A stretch of 64,000 nt of DNA from Lentisphaerota bacterium (GTDB lineage Bacteria; Verrucomicrobiota; Kiritimatiellia; JAAZAB01): positions 4,290 through 68,289 of the forward strand of contig JACPGM010000053.1 in the NCBI GenBank assembly GCA_016188985.1, given 5' to 3'. Of the stretch, positions 47,056 through 56,115 are shown piece after piece. The stretch's first letter is position 1; each line of letters opens with the position of its first letter. Both the position numbers and the translations under genes were made by a program. The notes under the pieces were generated by a model. It did no database searches, was not told the origin of the DNA, and saw only the letters and a list, made by a program, of their open reading frames with translations.

Positions 47056-47772
47056 ATGAAACCCATGCTGCATGCCTTGATGGATATTGTCTTTCCGCGC
47101 TTCTGCGCCGGCTGCGGCCATGAAATCGGCGGGGTCTCCGGATATTTGTGCTGGGATTGCCAAACGCGCTTCGAGTGGATTCATCCGCCCTTTTGCGAGA
47201 TTTGCGGCGATCCGCTGGAAGGCGACGTGCCAATGCCGGTGGTTTGCGCGGGGTGCCGGCAAGGGCTTCCCGCCTTTGAGCGGGCCCGCTCGGTAGCGCG
47301 GTTCCGCGGCGTCTTGCGCGAGCTCTTGCATGATTTCAAGTATCGGGGGGCTACCTGGCTCAGCGGCGACCTGGTGGGACTGCTGCGGACTTGCTACGAA
47401 ATCTACTTTGCCCGGGCCGGTTTTGACACCGTGACCTACGTACCCTTGTATCCCGCGCGCGAGCGGGAACGCTCCTATAACCAGGCGCTGCTGCTGGCCC
47501 AGGGCCTGGCCGGCACCTGCCCGGGCCTGGCGCTGCGCGCGTGTTTACGGCGCATTCGGCCAACCCGCTCGCAAACCAATTTGACAGCCGCAGAGCGACT
47601 TGCTAACGTTAAAGACATGTTCGCGATCCGTTCGTCCCGGGACACGCAGGGCAAACGTATCCTGTTGATTGATGATGTCATGACCACCGGCGCGACGGTC
47701 AATGAATGCGCGCTCACCCTCAAAGAGGCCGGGGCCTCTCTGATCGGCGTGCTGACCGTAGGGCGCGGGTAG
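47056..47772 (+). CDS. comF: ComF family protein (phosphoribosyltransferase domain)
   Basis: N-terminal double CxxC zinc finger (FCAGCGHE...CWDCQ), C-terminal PRTase motif ILLIDDVMTTGAT. Confidence 0.85.
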   Translation: MKPMLHALMDIVFPRFCAGCGHEIGGVSGYLCWDCQTRFEWIHPPFCEICGDPLEGDVPMPVVCAGCRQGLPAFERARSVARFRGVLRELLHDFKYRGATWLSGDLVGLLRTCYEIYFARAGFDTVTYVPLYPARERERSYNQALLLAQGLAGTCPGLALRACLRRIRPTRSQTNLTAAERLANVKDMFAIRSSRDTQGKRILLIDDVMTTGATVNECALTLKEAGASLIGVLTVGRG

Positions 47773-47780
47773 TTGGAAGA

Positions 47781-47912
47781 CAATGCAGAATGAAGAATGC
47801 AGAAACAGGCCGACGGACGCCAGAGGCCAGGCGCCAGATGTCGGAACTGATGTCGGAAATCAGCAATCCGTAATCCAAAATCCAAAATTAGAATAATCCG
47901 CAATCCGAAATC
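47781..47912. repeat. Heptamer-type simple repeats (AATGCAG/AATGAAG; AATCCAAAATCCAAAAT; AATCCGCAATCCGAAATCGAAAC) in the comF-accD intergenic region
   Basis: caatgcagaatgaagaatgcagaaaca ... aatccgtaatccaaaatccaaaattagaataatccgcaatccgaaatcgaaac. Confidence 0.85.
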
Positions 47913-47921
47913 GAAACAATT

Positions 47922-48824
47922 ATGCGCTTATTCGTCCGCAAGAAATATACGGCCATCAAGGTCCAGAAAAAGGATTTGCCCAGCGGCTTGTGGGTAAAAT
48001 GCCAGGACTGCAACGAAATTGCCTATAAGCATGAAATAGATGCGCTCCAGGGTGTTTGCCCGAAATGCGGGTTTCATTTTCAGATTTTGCCTCAGGAGCG
48101 GCTCGCGCAGATGGTTGAAACAGGCTCATTCCAGGAATGGGATGCCGACCTGGTAAGCGCGGACCCGTTGGAATTCAACGGCCAGGTTTCTTATGTAGCC
48201 AAGTTGGCGGAGAACCGCCGGAAAGGCCCGCTCAAGGAGGCGGTCCTCTGCGGCCAGGGGCGCATGGGGCCGTTCACGGTGGCGCTGGGCATCATGGATT
48301 TCAATTTTCTGGGCGGCAGTATGGGCTCGGTGGTTGGCGAAAAAATCACCCGGCTGTTTGAGCGCGCCACCCGGCAACGTCTGGGGATCATCGTGGTCTG
48401 CGCCACGGGCGGCGCTCGGATGTACGAGGGGCTCTTCAGTCTGATGCAGATGGCCAAAACCAGCGCCGCCGTGGCGGCCCACGCCCAGGCCGCGCTGCCC
48501 TTCATTTCGGTATTGACCCATCCCTCCATGGCCGGGGTTATGGCCAGTTTTGCCACGCTGGGCGATGTCATCATTGCCGAGCCGAAGGCCCTCATCGGCT
48601 TTGCCGGCCCGCGGGTGATCAAGGAAACAACCCGCGAAGATATCCCCAAAGGATTTCAACGGTCGGAGTTTGTCCTCAAACATGGTCTTATTGATATGAT
48701 TGTTCCGCGCAAGGACTTGACCAGCACCCTGATCCGTCTGCTGGGTTACATGCTGCCCTTGGTAGAAGAAAAAGCAAACATTCAACATCCAACTCCGAAC
48801 AGCACAAGTCCAAACCAAGGATAG
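47922..48824 (+). CDS. accD: Acetyl-CoA carboxylase carboxyltransferase beta subunit
   Basis: N-terminal zinc ribbon CxxC...CPKCGFH, carboxyltransferase core; 300 aa. Confidence 0.93.
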   Translation: MRLFVRKKYTAIKVQKKDLPSGLWVKCQDCNEIAYKHEIDALQGVCPKCGFHFQILPQERLAQMVETGSFQEWDADLVSADPLEFNGQVSYVAKLAENRRKGPLKEAVLCGQGRMGPFTVALGIMDFNFLGGSMGSVVGEKITRLFERATRQRLGIIVVCATGGARMYEGLFSLMQMAKTSAAVAAHAQAALPFISVLTHPSMAGVMASFATLGDVIIAEPKALIGFAGPRVIKETTREDIPKGFQRSEFVLKHGLIDMIVPRKDLTSTLIRLLGYMLPLVEEKANIQHPTPNSTSPNQG

Positions 48825-49006
48825 AGTTCAGTGCTGGTCGCGGCGCGCCAGCTGTCGTCAAGCGATTATGTCCGGTACAACAGTCGACACCCTTTCCACA
48901 ATACAAACTATTTTTCGAGTTTTTCTTATTGTTTGCTACACGGCAGTATCACATCCTGCCGTTTGAAGTGTTGATTAATATCATGTTGGACAGCAGGAAG
49001 TAACCG

Positions 49007-49561
49007 ATGGTTTGGAGTAATCAACAGAATATTCGCTCGCGATCGTTCACTTGCGGCTACTGTGGCAACGTTGTCGCGTCCGGTGTTGGCTTTCTTCACC
49101 ACAATGACCTGGACAAACGCGTACACATCTGCCCACATTGTGATGAGCCGTCGTACATCACAAGCAAGAAGCAGGTTCCGGGTGTTGCGCCTGGCAATGA
49201 GATAGCGGCCCTTCCCGACGACATCGAGGCCCTTTACAAGGAGGCGCGCAACAGCGTCGCTGCGTCCGCCCACACAGGCGCCGTGCTGTTGTGCCGCAAG
49301 ATACTGATGAACACTGCGGTCTCGCAAGGTGCGCCTCAGAATCAGTCATTCCTCGACTATGTTCAGTACCTGGCCGATAACGGATATGTCCCACCAAAGG
49401 GCAAGGGCTGGGTAGACCATATCCGGAAGAAGGGAAACGAGGCTACACACGAGATCAAAGCCATGGGCAAGACCGACTCAGAGGAGCTCATTCTCTTTGT
49501 TGAGATGCTGTTGAAGTTCATTTATGAGTTTCCGAGTAAGATTCCTGCGAACAAGCCATGA
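49007..49561 (+). CDS. DUF4145 domain protein with N-terminal zinc ribbon
   Basis: CGYCGN...CPHCD zinc ribbon; C-terminal helical domain matching DUF4145 (often linked to restriction-modification loci). Confidence 0.55.
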   Translation: MVWSNQQNIRSRSFTCGYCGNVVASGVGFLHHNDLDKRVHICPHCDEPSYITSKKQVPGVAPGNEIAALPDDIEALYKEARNSVAASAHTGAVLLCRKILMNTAVSQGAPQNQSFLDYVQYLADNGYVPPKGKGWVDHIRKKGNEATHEIKAMGKTDSEELILFVEMLLKFIYEFPSKIPANKP

Positions 49562-49630
49562 CCTGCTGCCTAACAACGGCTTGCAGCGGAGGCCGCCGCG
49601 GCAGAAACCGTGTCGAGTAAGGCCGGAGGA

Positions 49631-50530
49631 TCAATATGTGAGGAGGAGGCGATCATGGACGACCTCATCCTCAAGCGATTCGCCCTCTCTCTGAAAACGC
49701 CGCAGCATGCTTCTGCCGCAATCCAAGAACACTTCTCGCTCAAATAGACCGTCCGGGATTCCCAGTTTACAGTCCACGCGACCGGATTTCTTTTTGCCGT
49801 CAATACTTAGGGCAACCCGAACACCGCGTGTCTTGCAGTAGGCAATGGCGCGCATCAACCGCTGCAAAGAGAAGTCTTGCCCCCGGTACAAGATTGCCTG
49901 ACTACAGACATAGGGCGGGTCGCAGTACACAAGATCTCTCTCCTTGGCCAGAGACATAGCCTCTTCAAAGTCCATCTGCCGGAAGTCCGCCCCTGCCGTC
50001 CGCCGCAGCCATATGTCAACACGCTGCGCGAATGATCCCGGCGCGATAGGGTCGTGAATGCCGCATGGCGTCGAAATGTACCCATCGCTCTTGCGAAACC
50101 GGACAACCCCTCCGTAGCAACTCCGGCAAATGAACAAGAGATCAGGGCCATTCGGCTTGGCGTTGTAGTTTGCCTTTATCTGCTCGTATCCAGCCGGTTT
50201 GCCTAATTCTCGGAATTCGGTGTACCGACTTCTGTACCACTCCGCGAGTTGGTTGGGGGAATCGTGAAGACACCGCCAAATCTCCATGAGCGGGCCGCAG
50301 ATATCGGAACCCACGGCAGCCGGAGGCTGAAGTGCTGCAAGAACGGCCCCACTTCCCAGGAACGGCTCCCGATATGTGTGAATGTCTGTCGGGAAAAACG
50401 ACGCTATCTTGTGAGCAAACCGTTGCTTGTTCCCTATCCACTTTAGAAGCTGGGTCTTGAACGGAGCCACGTGCTGGAACTCAGTTCCGTAGAACAGATC
50501 GAGAGTATCTTCTTCTTTGACTTTCATGAC
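49631..50530 (-). CDS. DNA adenine methyltransferase, Dam/D12 class (alpha-type N6-adenine MTase)
   Basis: N-terminal LKWIGNKQRFAHKI (motif I-like), catalytic DLVYCDPPY (DPPY); ~300 aa. Confidence 0.85.
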   Translation of the reverse strand, partial: VMKVKEEDTLDLFYGTEFQHVAPFKTQLLKWIGNKQRFAHKIASFFPTDIHTYREPFLGSGAVLAALQPPAAVGSDICGPLMEIWRCLHDSPNQLAEWYRSRYTEFRELGKPAGYEQIKANYNAKPNGPDLLFICRSCYGGVVRFRKSDGYISTPCGIHDPIAPGSFAQRVDIWLRRTAGADFRQMDFEEAMSLAKERDLVYCDPPYVCSQAILYRGQDFSLQRLMRAIAYCKTRGVRVALSIDGKKKSGRVDCKLGIPDGLFEREVFLDCGRSMLRRFQREGESLEDEVVHDRLLLTY

Positions 50531-50586
50531 GTGCCTACAATATCCCGATTTGGGATTATTGTCAACCATATTATATACTCCCTCAC

Positions 50587-50832
50587 GTGAAACACAACAG
50601 GTATGCGGCTAACGAGGAACATCTGCGGAGCTTGCTCCGGCAGAAACGAATACAGTGTGGCTTGACACAGGCCGCACTGGCGATTGTTCTTCGGAAACCC
50701 CAGTCCTTCGTAAGCAAGTACGAATCAGGGGAACGGCTTCTGTCGTTTGTCGAAACCATCGACGTCTGCCGAGCGCTGAACATCGACCCACGAACACTTC
50801 TCAAGGAGTATCTGCCACATCATGATGCCTGA
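50587..50832 (+). CDS. XRE-family HTH regulator, likely restriction-modification controller (C) protein
   Basis: 81 aa with HTH LTQAALAIVLRKPQSFVSKYESGER; divergent from the MTase and immediately upstream of and overlapping the next ORF. Confidence 0.7.
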   Translation: MKHNRYAANEEHLRSLLRQKRIQCGLTQAALAIVLRKPQSFVSKYESGERLLSFVETIDVCRALNIDPRTLLKEYLPHHDA

Positions 50833-51655
50833 CAAGAGATTTGTTGGCCTGCCGAAGCGGTTTTGGGCACTTGTCCGCCTGAGCGGACAGGAGTGCGGTT
50901 ATGCGAGTCAAGGCCAGATTACCATCCCAACGCGAGAAGCCGTGGCAGATGCCCTCACAACATTGGGACTGGTGCCCTCTGCCCTGGACACGCCTTTGCG
51001 GGGTGGTGGCACATGGAAGACACTCCTCGATTACTTCACGTTTCGGCGGGACCTGCTCCACCAGCATGTGGAACCCAACCTCATGGACGCTCCGCAGGCC
51101 AAGAAGGAGTTCGCCCGCCTCAAGCGCGAGTTGAAGCCGAGATGCCCGCTTCCTATGAACAAGCAGAAGGGGACAAAGAGGGCTCCCGCGTACCTGACTG
51201 GTATCGTAAACATGCTGATCGAGGCGAACGCTGCAGGCAAGCCGTGCGACTACGATCCGCGTGCGCTTACCACGGTTGCGGTCAACAGCGCGCCATTGCG
51301 CACTTTTGCACGCCGCATGGATGGCGCTTTTCCTTCTGTCATCAACCCAATCGCCGTGTGGGAAGTGAAAGAGTACTACTACACCACGACCTTCGGCAGC
51401 CGCGTAGCAGACGGTGTCTACGAGACGCTGCTCGACGGAATGGAGATCGAAGAACTCGTAGTGTCTGAGAAAGTTAACGTCCTTCACTACCTCATGATCG
51501 ACGCACGGTACACATGGTGGGACTGCGGGAAGTCGTACCTCTGCCGGGTGATCGACATGCTCCACATGGGCTACGTCGATGAAGTCCTTGTCGGCCGGGA
51601 AGTCCTCGCGCGTCTGCCAGTTCTTGTGAAGAAATGGACACGGAAGATGGCCTAA
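50822..51655 (+). CDS. Putative type II restriction endonuclease (PD-(D/E)xK-like)
   Basis: Position after the C-protein and opposite the Dam-like MTase; candidate D..ExK motif RRMDGAFPSVINPIAVWEVKEYYY; 277 aa. Confidence 0.5.
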   Translation: MMPDKRFVGLPKRFWALVRLSGQECGYASQGQITIPTREAVADALTTLGLVPSALDTPLRGGGTWKTLLDYFTFRRDLLHQHVEPNLMDAPQAKKEFARLKRELKPRCPLPMNKQKGTKRAPAYLTGIVNMLIEANAAGKPCDYDPRALTTVAVNSAPLRTFARRMDGAFPSVINPIAVWEVKEYYYTTTFGSRVADGVYETLLDGMEIEELVVSEKVNVLHYLMIDARYTWWDCGKSYLCRVIDMLHMGYVDEVLVGREVLARLPVLVKKWTRKMA

Positions 51656-51746
51656 CCAGCGCCTCAACCTTACGTTTTTACCTGGGCGGCAAAAACGACA
51701 GTGAGGCGTAACGATTAGCTGTTTACTTCTCCCCGTCTTTAAGAGC

Positions 51747-53063
51747 ATGACCAGCTTATCAGACTCGCTTTCCCGCCTGTATCGGCTGCATGCCGCCGGC
51801 ATCAAGTTGGGCCTGGATACCGAACGGGCACTGCTGGAGCTGTTGGGCCATCCGGAGCAAGGGCTGCGCTTTGTCCATGTGGCGGGCACTAACGGCAAGG
51901 GCTCGGTCTGCAGCATGCTGGAAGCGGTGCTGCGTTGTTCCGGGCTGAAAACCGGCCTCTATACCTCGCCGCATCTGGTGCGGTTCAATGAGCGCATCCG
52001 GATCAATGGGCAATGCATCGCGGACGAGGCGCTGGATAGACTCATCACGGAGGTTGAGCAACAGGCCCGGGCGCTGACCGCTCGGCCGGGAAGCACGGAA
52101 ATCACCTTCTTCGAGTTCACTACCGCTCTGGCCTTTGAGTGTTTCCGGCGGGAAAATGTTGAGATCGTTGTCCTGGAGACGGGCATGGGCGGGCGGCTTG
52201 ATGCCACCAACGTCATCACCCCGCTGGTTTCTGTTATCACCGGAGTTAGTCTTGAGCATACCGACTATCTCGGCAAAGACCTGAGCGCCATTGCCCTGGA
52301 AAAGGCGGGCATTATCAAGCCGGGCGTGCCGGTTGTCATTGGCGCGCTGACGGAAGAAATTCTGCCGGTTATCCAAAGCCTGGCCCGCGAGCGGCACGCC
52401 CGCCTGGTTCAGGCTGGTGAAGTCGTTTCGGTCCGGCGCAAATCGCAAAACCTCGATGGCCAACGCTGCCGGGTGGAATCGGCCGGCGCTTCGTATGGCG
52501 AGCTCTTTTGCCCGTTGCTCGGCCGGCATCAGCTTGAAAACCTGGGCGTGGCCGTGGCCGTCTTGGAAATCCTGAGGGATGAGTACGGACTGCCGGTGAC
52601 GGAACGAGCAGTGAAGGAGGGCATAAAGCGTGTGCGCTGGCCGGGCCGCTGCCAGGTGCTGGCGAATGAGCCCTTGACGGTCCTGGATGGCGCCCATAAT
52701 CCCGAAGGCGCGCGGATTCTGAACCAGGCATTGCGCGAATTGGCCGGGAATAAGCCTTGGGGACTGGTGCTGGGCATGTGCGCGGACAAGGACGTGAATG
52801 GTTTTTTGCGCGCTTTCAAGGGCAGAATCAAGCGCGTATGGACTGTGCCGCTTAATACTGAGCGCAACTTGTCGCCTGCCGCTATCGCCAAGCGGGCAGG
52901 CATATTGGGGTGCCCGGTCAAAACCGCTGCCGTTTCAGAGGCATTACGCGAGGCTGCGGCCTGGGCCAAAGACAATGGTGGCGTAGTCTGTATTACCGGC
53001 TCGCTCTACCTGGTGGGCGAAGTTCTAGAAAAGCGCGGCGCGATTGATCACCTCTTTGAATAA
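51747..53063 (+). CDS. folC: Bifunctional folylpolyglutamate synthase / dihydrofolate synthase
   Basis: Mur-ligase P-loop VHVAGTNGKGS; 438 aa. Confidence 0.92.
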   Translation: MTSLSDSLSRLYRLHAAGIKLGLDTERALLELLGHPEQGLRFVHVAGTNGKGSVCSMLEAVLRCSGLKTGLYTSPHLVRFNERIRINGQCIADEALDRLITEVEQQARALTARPGSTEITFFEFTTALAFECFRRENVEIVVLETGMGGRLDATNVITPLVSVITGVSLEHTDYLGKDLSAIALEKAGIIKPGVPVVIGALTEEILPVIQSLARERHARLVQAGEVVSVRRKSQNLDGQRCRVESAGASYGELFCPLLGRHQLENLGVAVAVLEILRDEYGLPVTERAVKEGIKRVRWPGRCQVLANEPLTVLDGAHNPEGARILNQALRELAGNKPWGLVLGMCADKDVNGFLRAFKGRIKRVWTVPLNTERNLSPAAIAKRAGILGCPVKTAAVSEALREAAAWAKDNGGVVCITGSLYLVGEVLEKRGAIDHLFE

Positions 53064-53164
53064 AACTTGGTTTTTCGTAACTGTTCAGGCACCATATCGG
53101 AAGTTGCCTGTCCTGTTCAGGCCAGGGACATTTTTACCACGGATATCCTGGGGGCACTGATTTC

Positions 53165-53230
53165 TGTCATTCCCATGAAAATGGGAATCCAGTTTCGCAT
53201 TTTCTGGATTCCCGCTTCCGTGGGAATGAC
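53165..53230. repeat. Nested-hairpin repeat family H copy
   Basis: gtcattcccatgaaaatgggaatccagtttcgcattttctggattcccgcttccgtgggaatgaca. Confidence 0.75.
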
Positions 53231-53283
53231 AATCACGCTTCTTATCCGTGCCATCCGTGTAATCAGTGGTGAGTAGTTGCTTT

Positions 53284-53366
53284 TCTTTAATGCGCCGGGG
53301 TGGCGAAATGGCAGACGCGCCGGACTCAAAATCCGGTGGTGGCAACACCATGAGGGTTCAAGTCCC
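53284..53366 (+). tRNA. tRNA-Leu (anticodon CAA)
   Basis: Hand-folded: acceptor GCCGGGG/CTCCGGC (one GU pair), D-arm GCG-AAATGGCAGA-CGC, anticodon stem CCGGA/TCCGG with loop CTCAAAA (CAA), long variable arm GGTGGCAACACC, T-arm GAGGG-TTCAAGT-CCCTC, discriminator A; CCA not encoded. Confidence 0.85.
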
Positions 53367-53382
53367 TCCTCCGGCACTATTT

Positions 53383-53470
53383 ATTATTGCGTGGTGGCAA
53401 CACCATGAGGGTTCCCCGCCGGAGGCTGGTCCGCCTAAGGCGGAAAGTCCCTCCTCCGGCACTCAGTCTC
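53383..53470 (+). repeat. Degenerate partial duplicate of the tRNA-Leu 3' half, interrupted by a 'ccgcc-N-ggcgga' repeat core
   Basis: tggtggcaacaccatgagggtt and gtccctcctccggcact repeat the tRNA variable/T/acceptor segments 20 bp downstream of the intact tRNA, with cccgccggaggctggtccgcctaaggcggaaa replacing the T-loop. Confidence 0.7.
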
Positions 53471-53541
53471 TGATGGGTTCTTGCTCTTACGGTAAGTCCG
53501 ATCTAAGGCGGGCTAAAGCCCTCAACCCAATTCATTGACAA

Positions 53542-53648
53542 CTACGAAATGCGCGAATGGACGCGAAACAATTTTTAATGGGCTTATTTCGTGTTTTTAG
53601 CGTGTTTCGTAGTTTCCGCCTGTGCGGATCCGCCGGGGCGGAAATTTT
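53542..53648. repeat. Intergenic repeat family A copy 3
   Basis: actacgaaatgcgcgaatgg...gtgtttcgtagtttccgcctgtgcggatccgccggggcggaaa. Confidence 0.8.
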
Positions 53649-53680
53649 CTTGTTTTTTGTGACGGTTTTGCGTGTATCAG

Positions 53681-54766
53681 CTAACCGAGGGTCTTGGTCA
53701 CTTTGGCCAACTGCTTCATAATCGGCAGATTGTTCGGGCATTTCGGTTCGCACTTGCCGCACTGTATGCATGCGTCAGCACGCTTGCCAGCTTCCTTCGC
53801 CGCATACTGTGCCCGGGCCCAGTCCGTCATGCCGTAGACCTTGCCCAGGTTGTAGAGATGGAAGTTGCCGGGGATATCCACTCCCTGCGGGCACTCCTTG
53901 CAATAGCCGCACATAGTGCAGAACCTCTCGCCCAGCGAGTGGAGCTCGTCCAGTATCGCGTCCATTCGCCGGAAGTCTTCGGCATTGGCGCCGTGGAAGT
54001 TGTTCGCCGTCTCCAAGTTCTCGCGCAGCATCTCCAGCGTATTCATGCCGGAGCAGGCGGTGCTGATATCCGGGTTCGTCAGCACGAATCTCAGTGCCGC
54101 GTCGGCGGTGGTCTTCGCGCCGCCGGAGATGAATTGCTGCAACTGAGGCGAAGGACTGGCAAGCATCCCGCCCGCCACCGGGCACATGGCAATCACACCC
54201 ACGCCCAGTGCGCCCGCGCGTTTGATGGTCGGCGCGTAGGCGCGGTTCAGCATGTTGTAGGGCACAGTAAAGCTGTCGAATATGCCCGTCTCGATGCACT
54301 TGGTGAAGTTTTCCGGCAAATCATGCCCGGTGAACCCGATGTGGCCGATGAGGCCCTCGCTTCGGGCCTTATCCAACGCCTCCAGCGCGCCACCCTTCTT
54401 CGTCAGAAACTCCATCATTGCCAGGCTGAACCATCCGACCTGGTAGAACTCCAGATAGTCCACGCCCAGAATCTGCATCTGCAGGTCTATCTCCGCGCGG
54501 TAGCTGTCGGCAGTGGTCTCAGCGTTGATTCCCGTCTTGCCGGAGACTATCAGACCACGGCTGCGGCCCTTCAGCCCGGGCGCAGTCAGGTGCTGGCACT
54601 TGCCGGCAATGTACCCCCGGGTGGTCTCGAAATAGTTGACTCCGGCGGCAATCGCCGTGTCCACGATCTGCTCCGCCAATTCCGGGTTGTTCGGATCAAA
54701 GCGCATGCATCCCAGCGCGAGCGCCGAAACCTTCAGTCCTGTCTTTCCCAAATTACGATACTGCAT
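53681..54766 (-). CDS. Aldo/keto reductase with C-terminal 4Fe-4S ferredoxin-like domain
   Basis: AKR N-terminus (MQYRNLGKTGLKVSALALGCMRF) and C-terminal CxxCxxC...CP / CxxCxxCxxxCP clusters; start at MQYRNLG. Confidence 0.8.
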   Translation of the reverse strand: MQYRNLGKTGLKVSALALGCMRFDPNNPELAEQIVDTAIAAGVNYFETTRGYIAGKCQHLTAPGLKGRSRGLIVSGKTGINAETTADSYRAEIDLQMQILGVDYLEFYQVGWFSLAMMEFLTKKGGALEALDKARSEGLIGHIGFTGHDLPENFTKCIETGIFDSFTVPYNMLNRAYAPTIKRAGALGVGVIAMCPVAGGMLASPSPQLQQFISGGAKTTADAALRFVLTNPDISTACSGMNTLEMLRENLETANNFHGANAEDFRRMDAILDELHSLGERFCTMCGYCKECPQGVDIPGNFHLYNLGKVYGMTDWARAQYAAKEAGKRADACIQCGKCEPKCPNNLPIMKQLAKVTKTLG

Positions 54767-54844
54767 TTGTGTTGCCTTGCTGTTTCGTCGCGAGTGTGCC
54801 GCACCCGGTTGTCTGGACACTGGTTTGCATTATGCCGCTACGGG

Positions 54845-55405
54845 TCAGCCTGATCTTGGTTCTGCCGCGAGCCATTGTCCGGCGAGTTCAAGGATCTGCA
54901 ATTTTGTCTGAAGATTTTGACGTCGAACGGGAATCATGTCCACAACATCGAGCCCACAAGTGGTCATCACTTTTTCCAGACTAACACAGCATGCCGGCGC
55001 GCCCCCGCCGCCGCCGCCGGCTACACACACGCCAATCGCGGGTTTCCCCTTTATAGACACACGGCCGGCCGCGTGTGTGCATATTCGGCGCAAGCGATCA
55101 GCGAATGCGCGCAGACTCTCGCTCAGGTCTGAATAATAAACCGGCGTAGCAAAAACTATAGCGTCGGCCTGTCTTATCTTTTCGACCAGGCCGCTCAGGT
55201 CGTCATCAATGACACAACGTCCCTCTTTCCGGCATAAACCCCAGCCATTATCGTCACATTGACGACAACGCTCGACCTTAAGCGTGGGTAGAAATACCTG
55301 TTCTGCCGAGGCCCCGGCCTTCGCCAAACCTTTCCGCACGGCATCAGCAGCCAGGGCCGTCTGACCATTCGGATTTCTGCTCCCGCATATCAATATAGTT
55401 TGCAT
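54845..55405 (-). CDS. Flavodoxin-like / NADPH-dependent FMN reductase family protein (iron-sulfur flavoprotein-like)
   Basis: MQTILICGSRNPNGQT flavodoxin-like start, N-terminal Cys cluster CRQCDDNGWGLC, VFATPVYY motif. Confidence 0.7.
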   Translation of the reverse strand: MQTILICGSRNPNGQTALAADAVRKGLAKAGASAEQVFLPTLKVERCRQCDDNGWGLCRKEGRCVIDDDLSGLVEKIRQADAIVFATPVYYSDLSESLRAFADRLRRICTHAAGRVSIKGKPAIGVCVAGGGGGGAPACCVSLEKVMTTCGLDVVDMIPVRRQNLQTKLQILELAGQWLAAEPRSG

Positions 55406-55857
55406 TCGTGCCTCCAGGTCTGTTCGCATCCCAACGAATAGACGTTTTATTCCTCAGTGCGGCGAATATAGCACGGTAGGATTGGGCGACAAGCCGATGA
55501 TATATATATTATCCTTACGGCCAACTAATGGGGTTTTAATTTATAGCTTTTTATCAAGTGTGCCGCGAGCATACAAGGACGGCCGAGATGGGACAGGCGC
55601 AAATTGAGCGGCATCCAAATCCTGATCATTACACCTGAAATACCTGCGCTGTCGTGATGCGAAAATGTATGTTGACGTTTACAGACACTTCATATTAGGT
55701 ATCCCTATATGCAACAAATAGGGATAGTCAGATATGATTACTTGTGATGATCTGCTGGAGCAGTCTGTCGCCTGGCCGACCGGGAGATAGCCTCCTCTTC
55801 ATGACCCACGCATATCACTCTGCGCTGTTCGTAGCCCCTCAGTCTTGTGGGCTTATT

Positions 55858-55990
55858 GTCATTCCCGACCTGATGCTACTCTGCGAAGTTCCGCCATAGC
55901 GGATCCGCCTTCTGGCGGAAAGCCTCCCTGCTCTGCGAAGCCGCTACGCAGGGCGTAGAAGAGTCGCTACGAAGCACGAGGGGAATGACA
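55858..55990. repeat. Repeat family H-like copy with inserted ccgcc..ggcggatccgcc core
   Basis: gtcattcccgacc...ccgccatagcggatccgccttctggcggaaagcc...gaggggaatgaca. Confidence 0.6.
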
Positions 55991-56050
55991 GTGTTGATGT
56001 TCACGACCTACCCACAAGACTGAGGCCTTACCGCTGTTCAACGAAAGATA

Positions 56051-56080
56051 TTGACGCAGGCAAAGAGACGGTGGTAATCT
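56051..56080 (+). promoter_or_regulatory. Candidate sigma70-like promoter for the RelE/ParE-like TA pair
   Basis: TTGACG-N18-TAATCT located 36 bp upstream of the antitoxin ATG. Confidence 0.25.
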
Positions 56081-56115
56081 AAAAATCAAATGCGGGGAAA
56101 TACGGAGGATATGAC

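Noticed and set aside
51759-52697. 312-aa minus-strand ORF
   Set aside because: Antisense to folC (Mur-ligase P-loop on the plus strand).
53383-53470. Second tRNA gene
   Set aside because: Only the variable arm, T-stem and 3' acceptor strand are present, with the T-loop replaced by a repeat core; not a functional tRNA.
53672-54853. 393-aa plus-strand ORF
   Set aside because: Antisense to the aldo/keto reductase-ferredoxin gene, which has clear AKR and Cys-cluster motifs.
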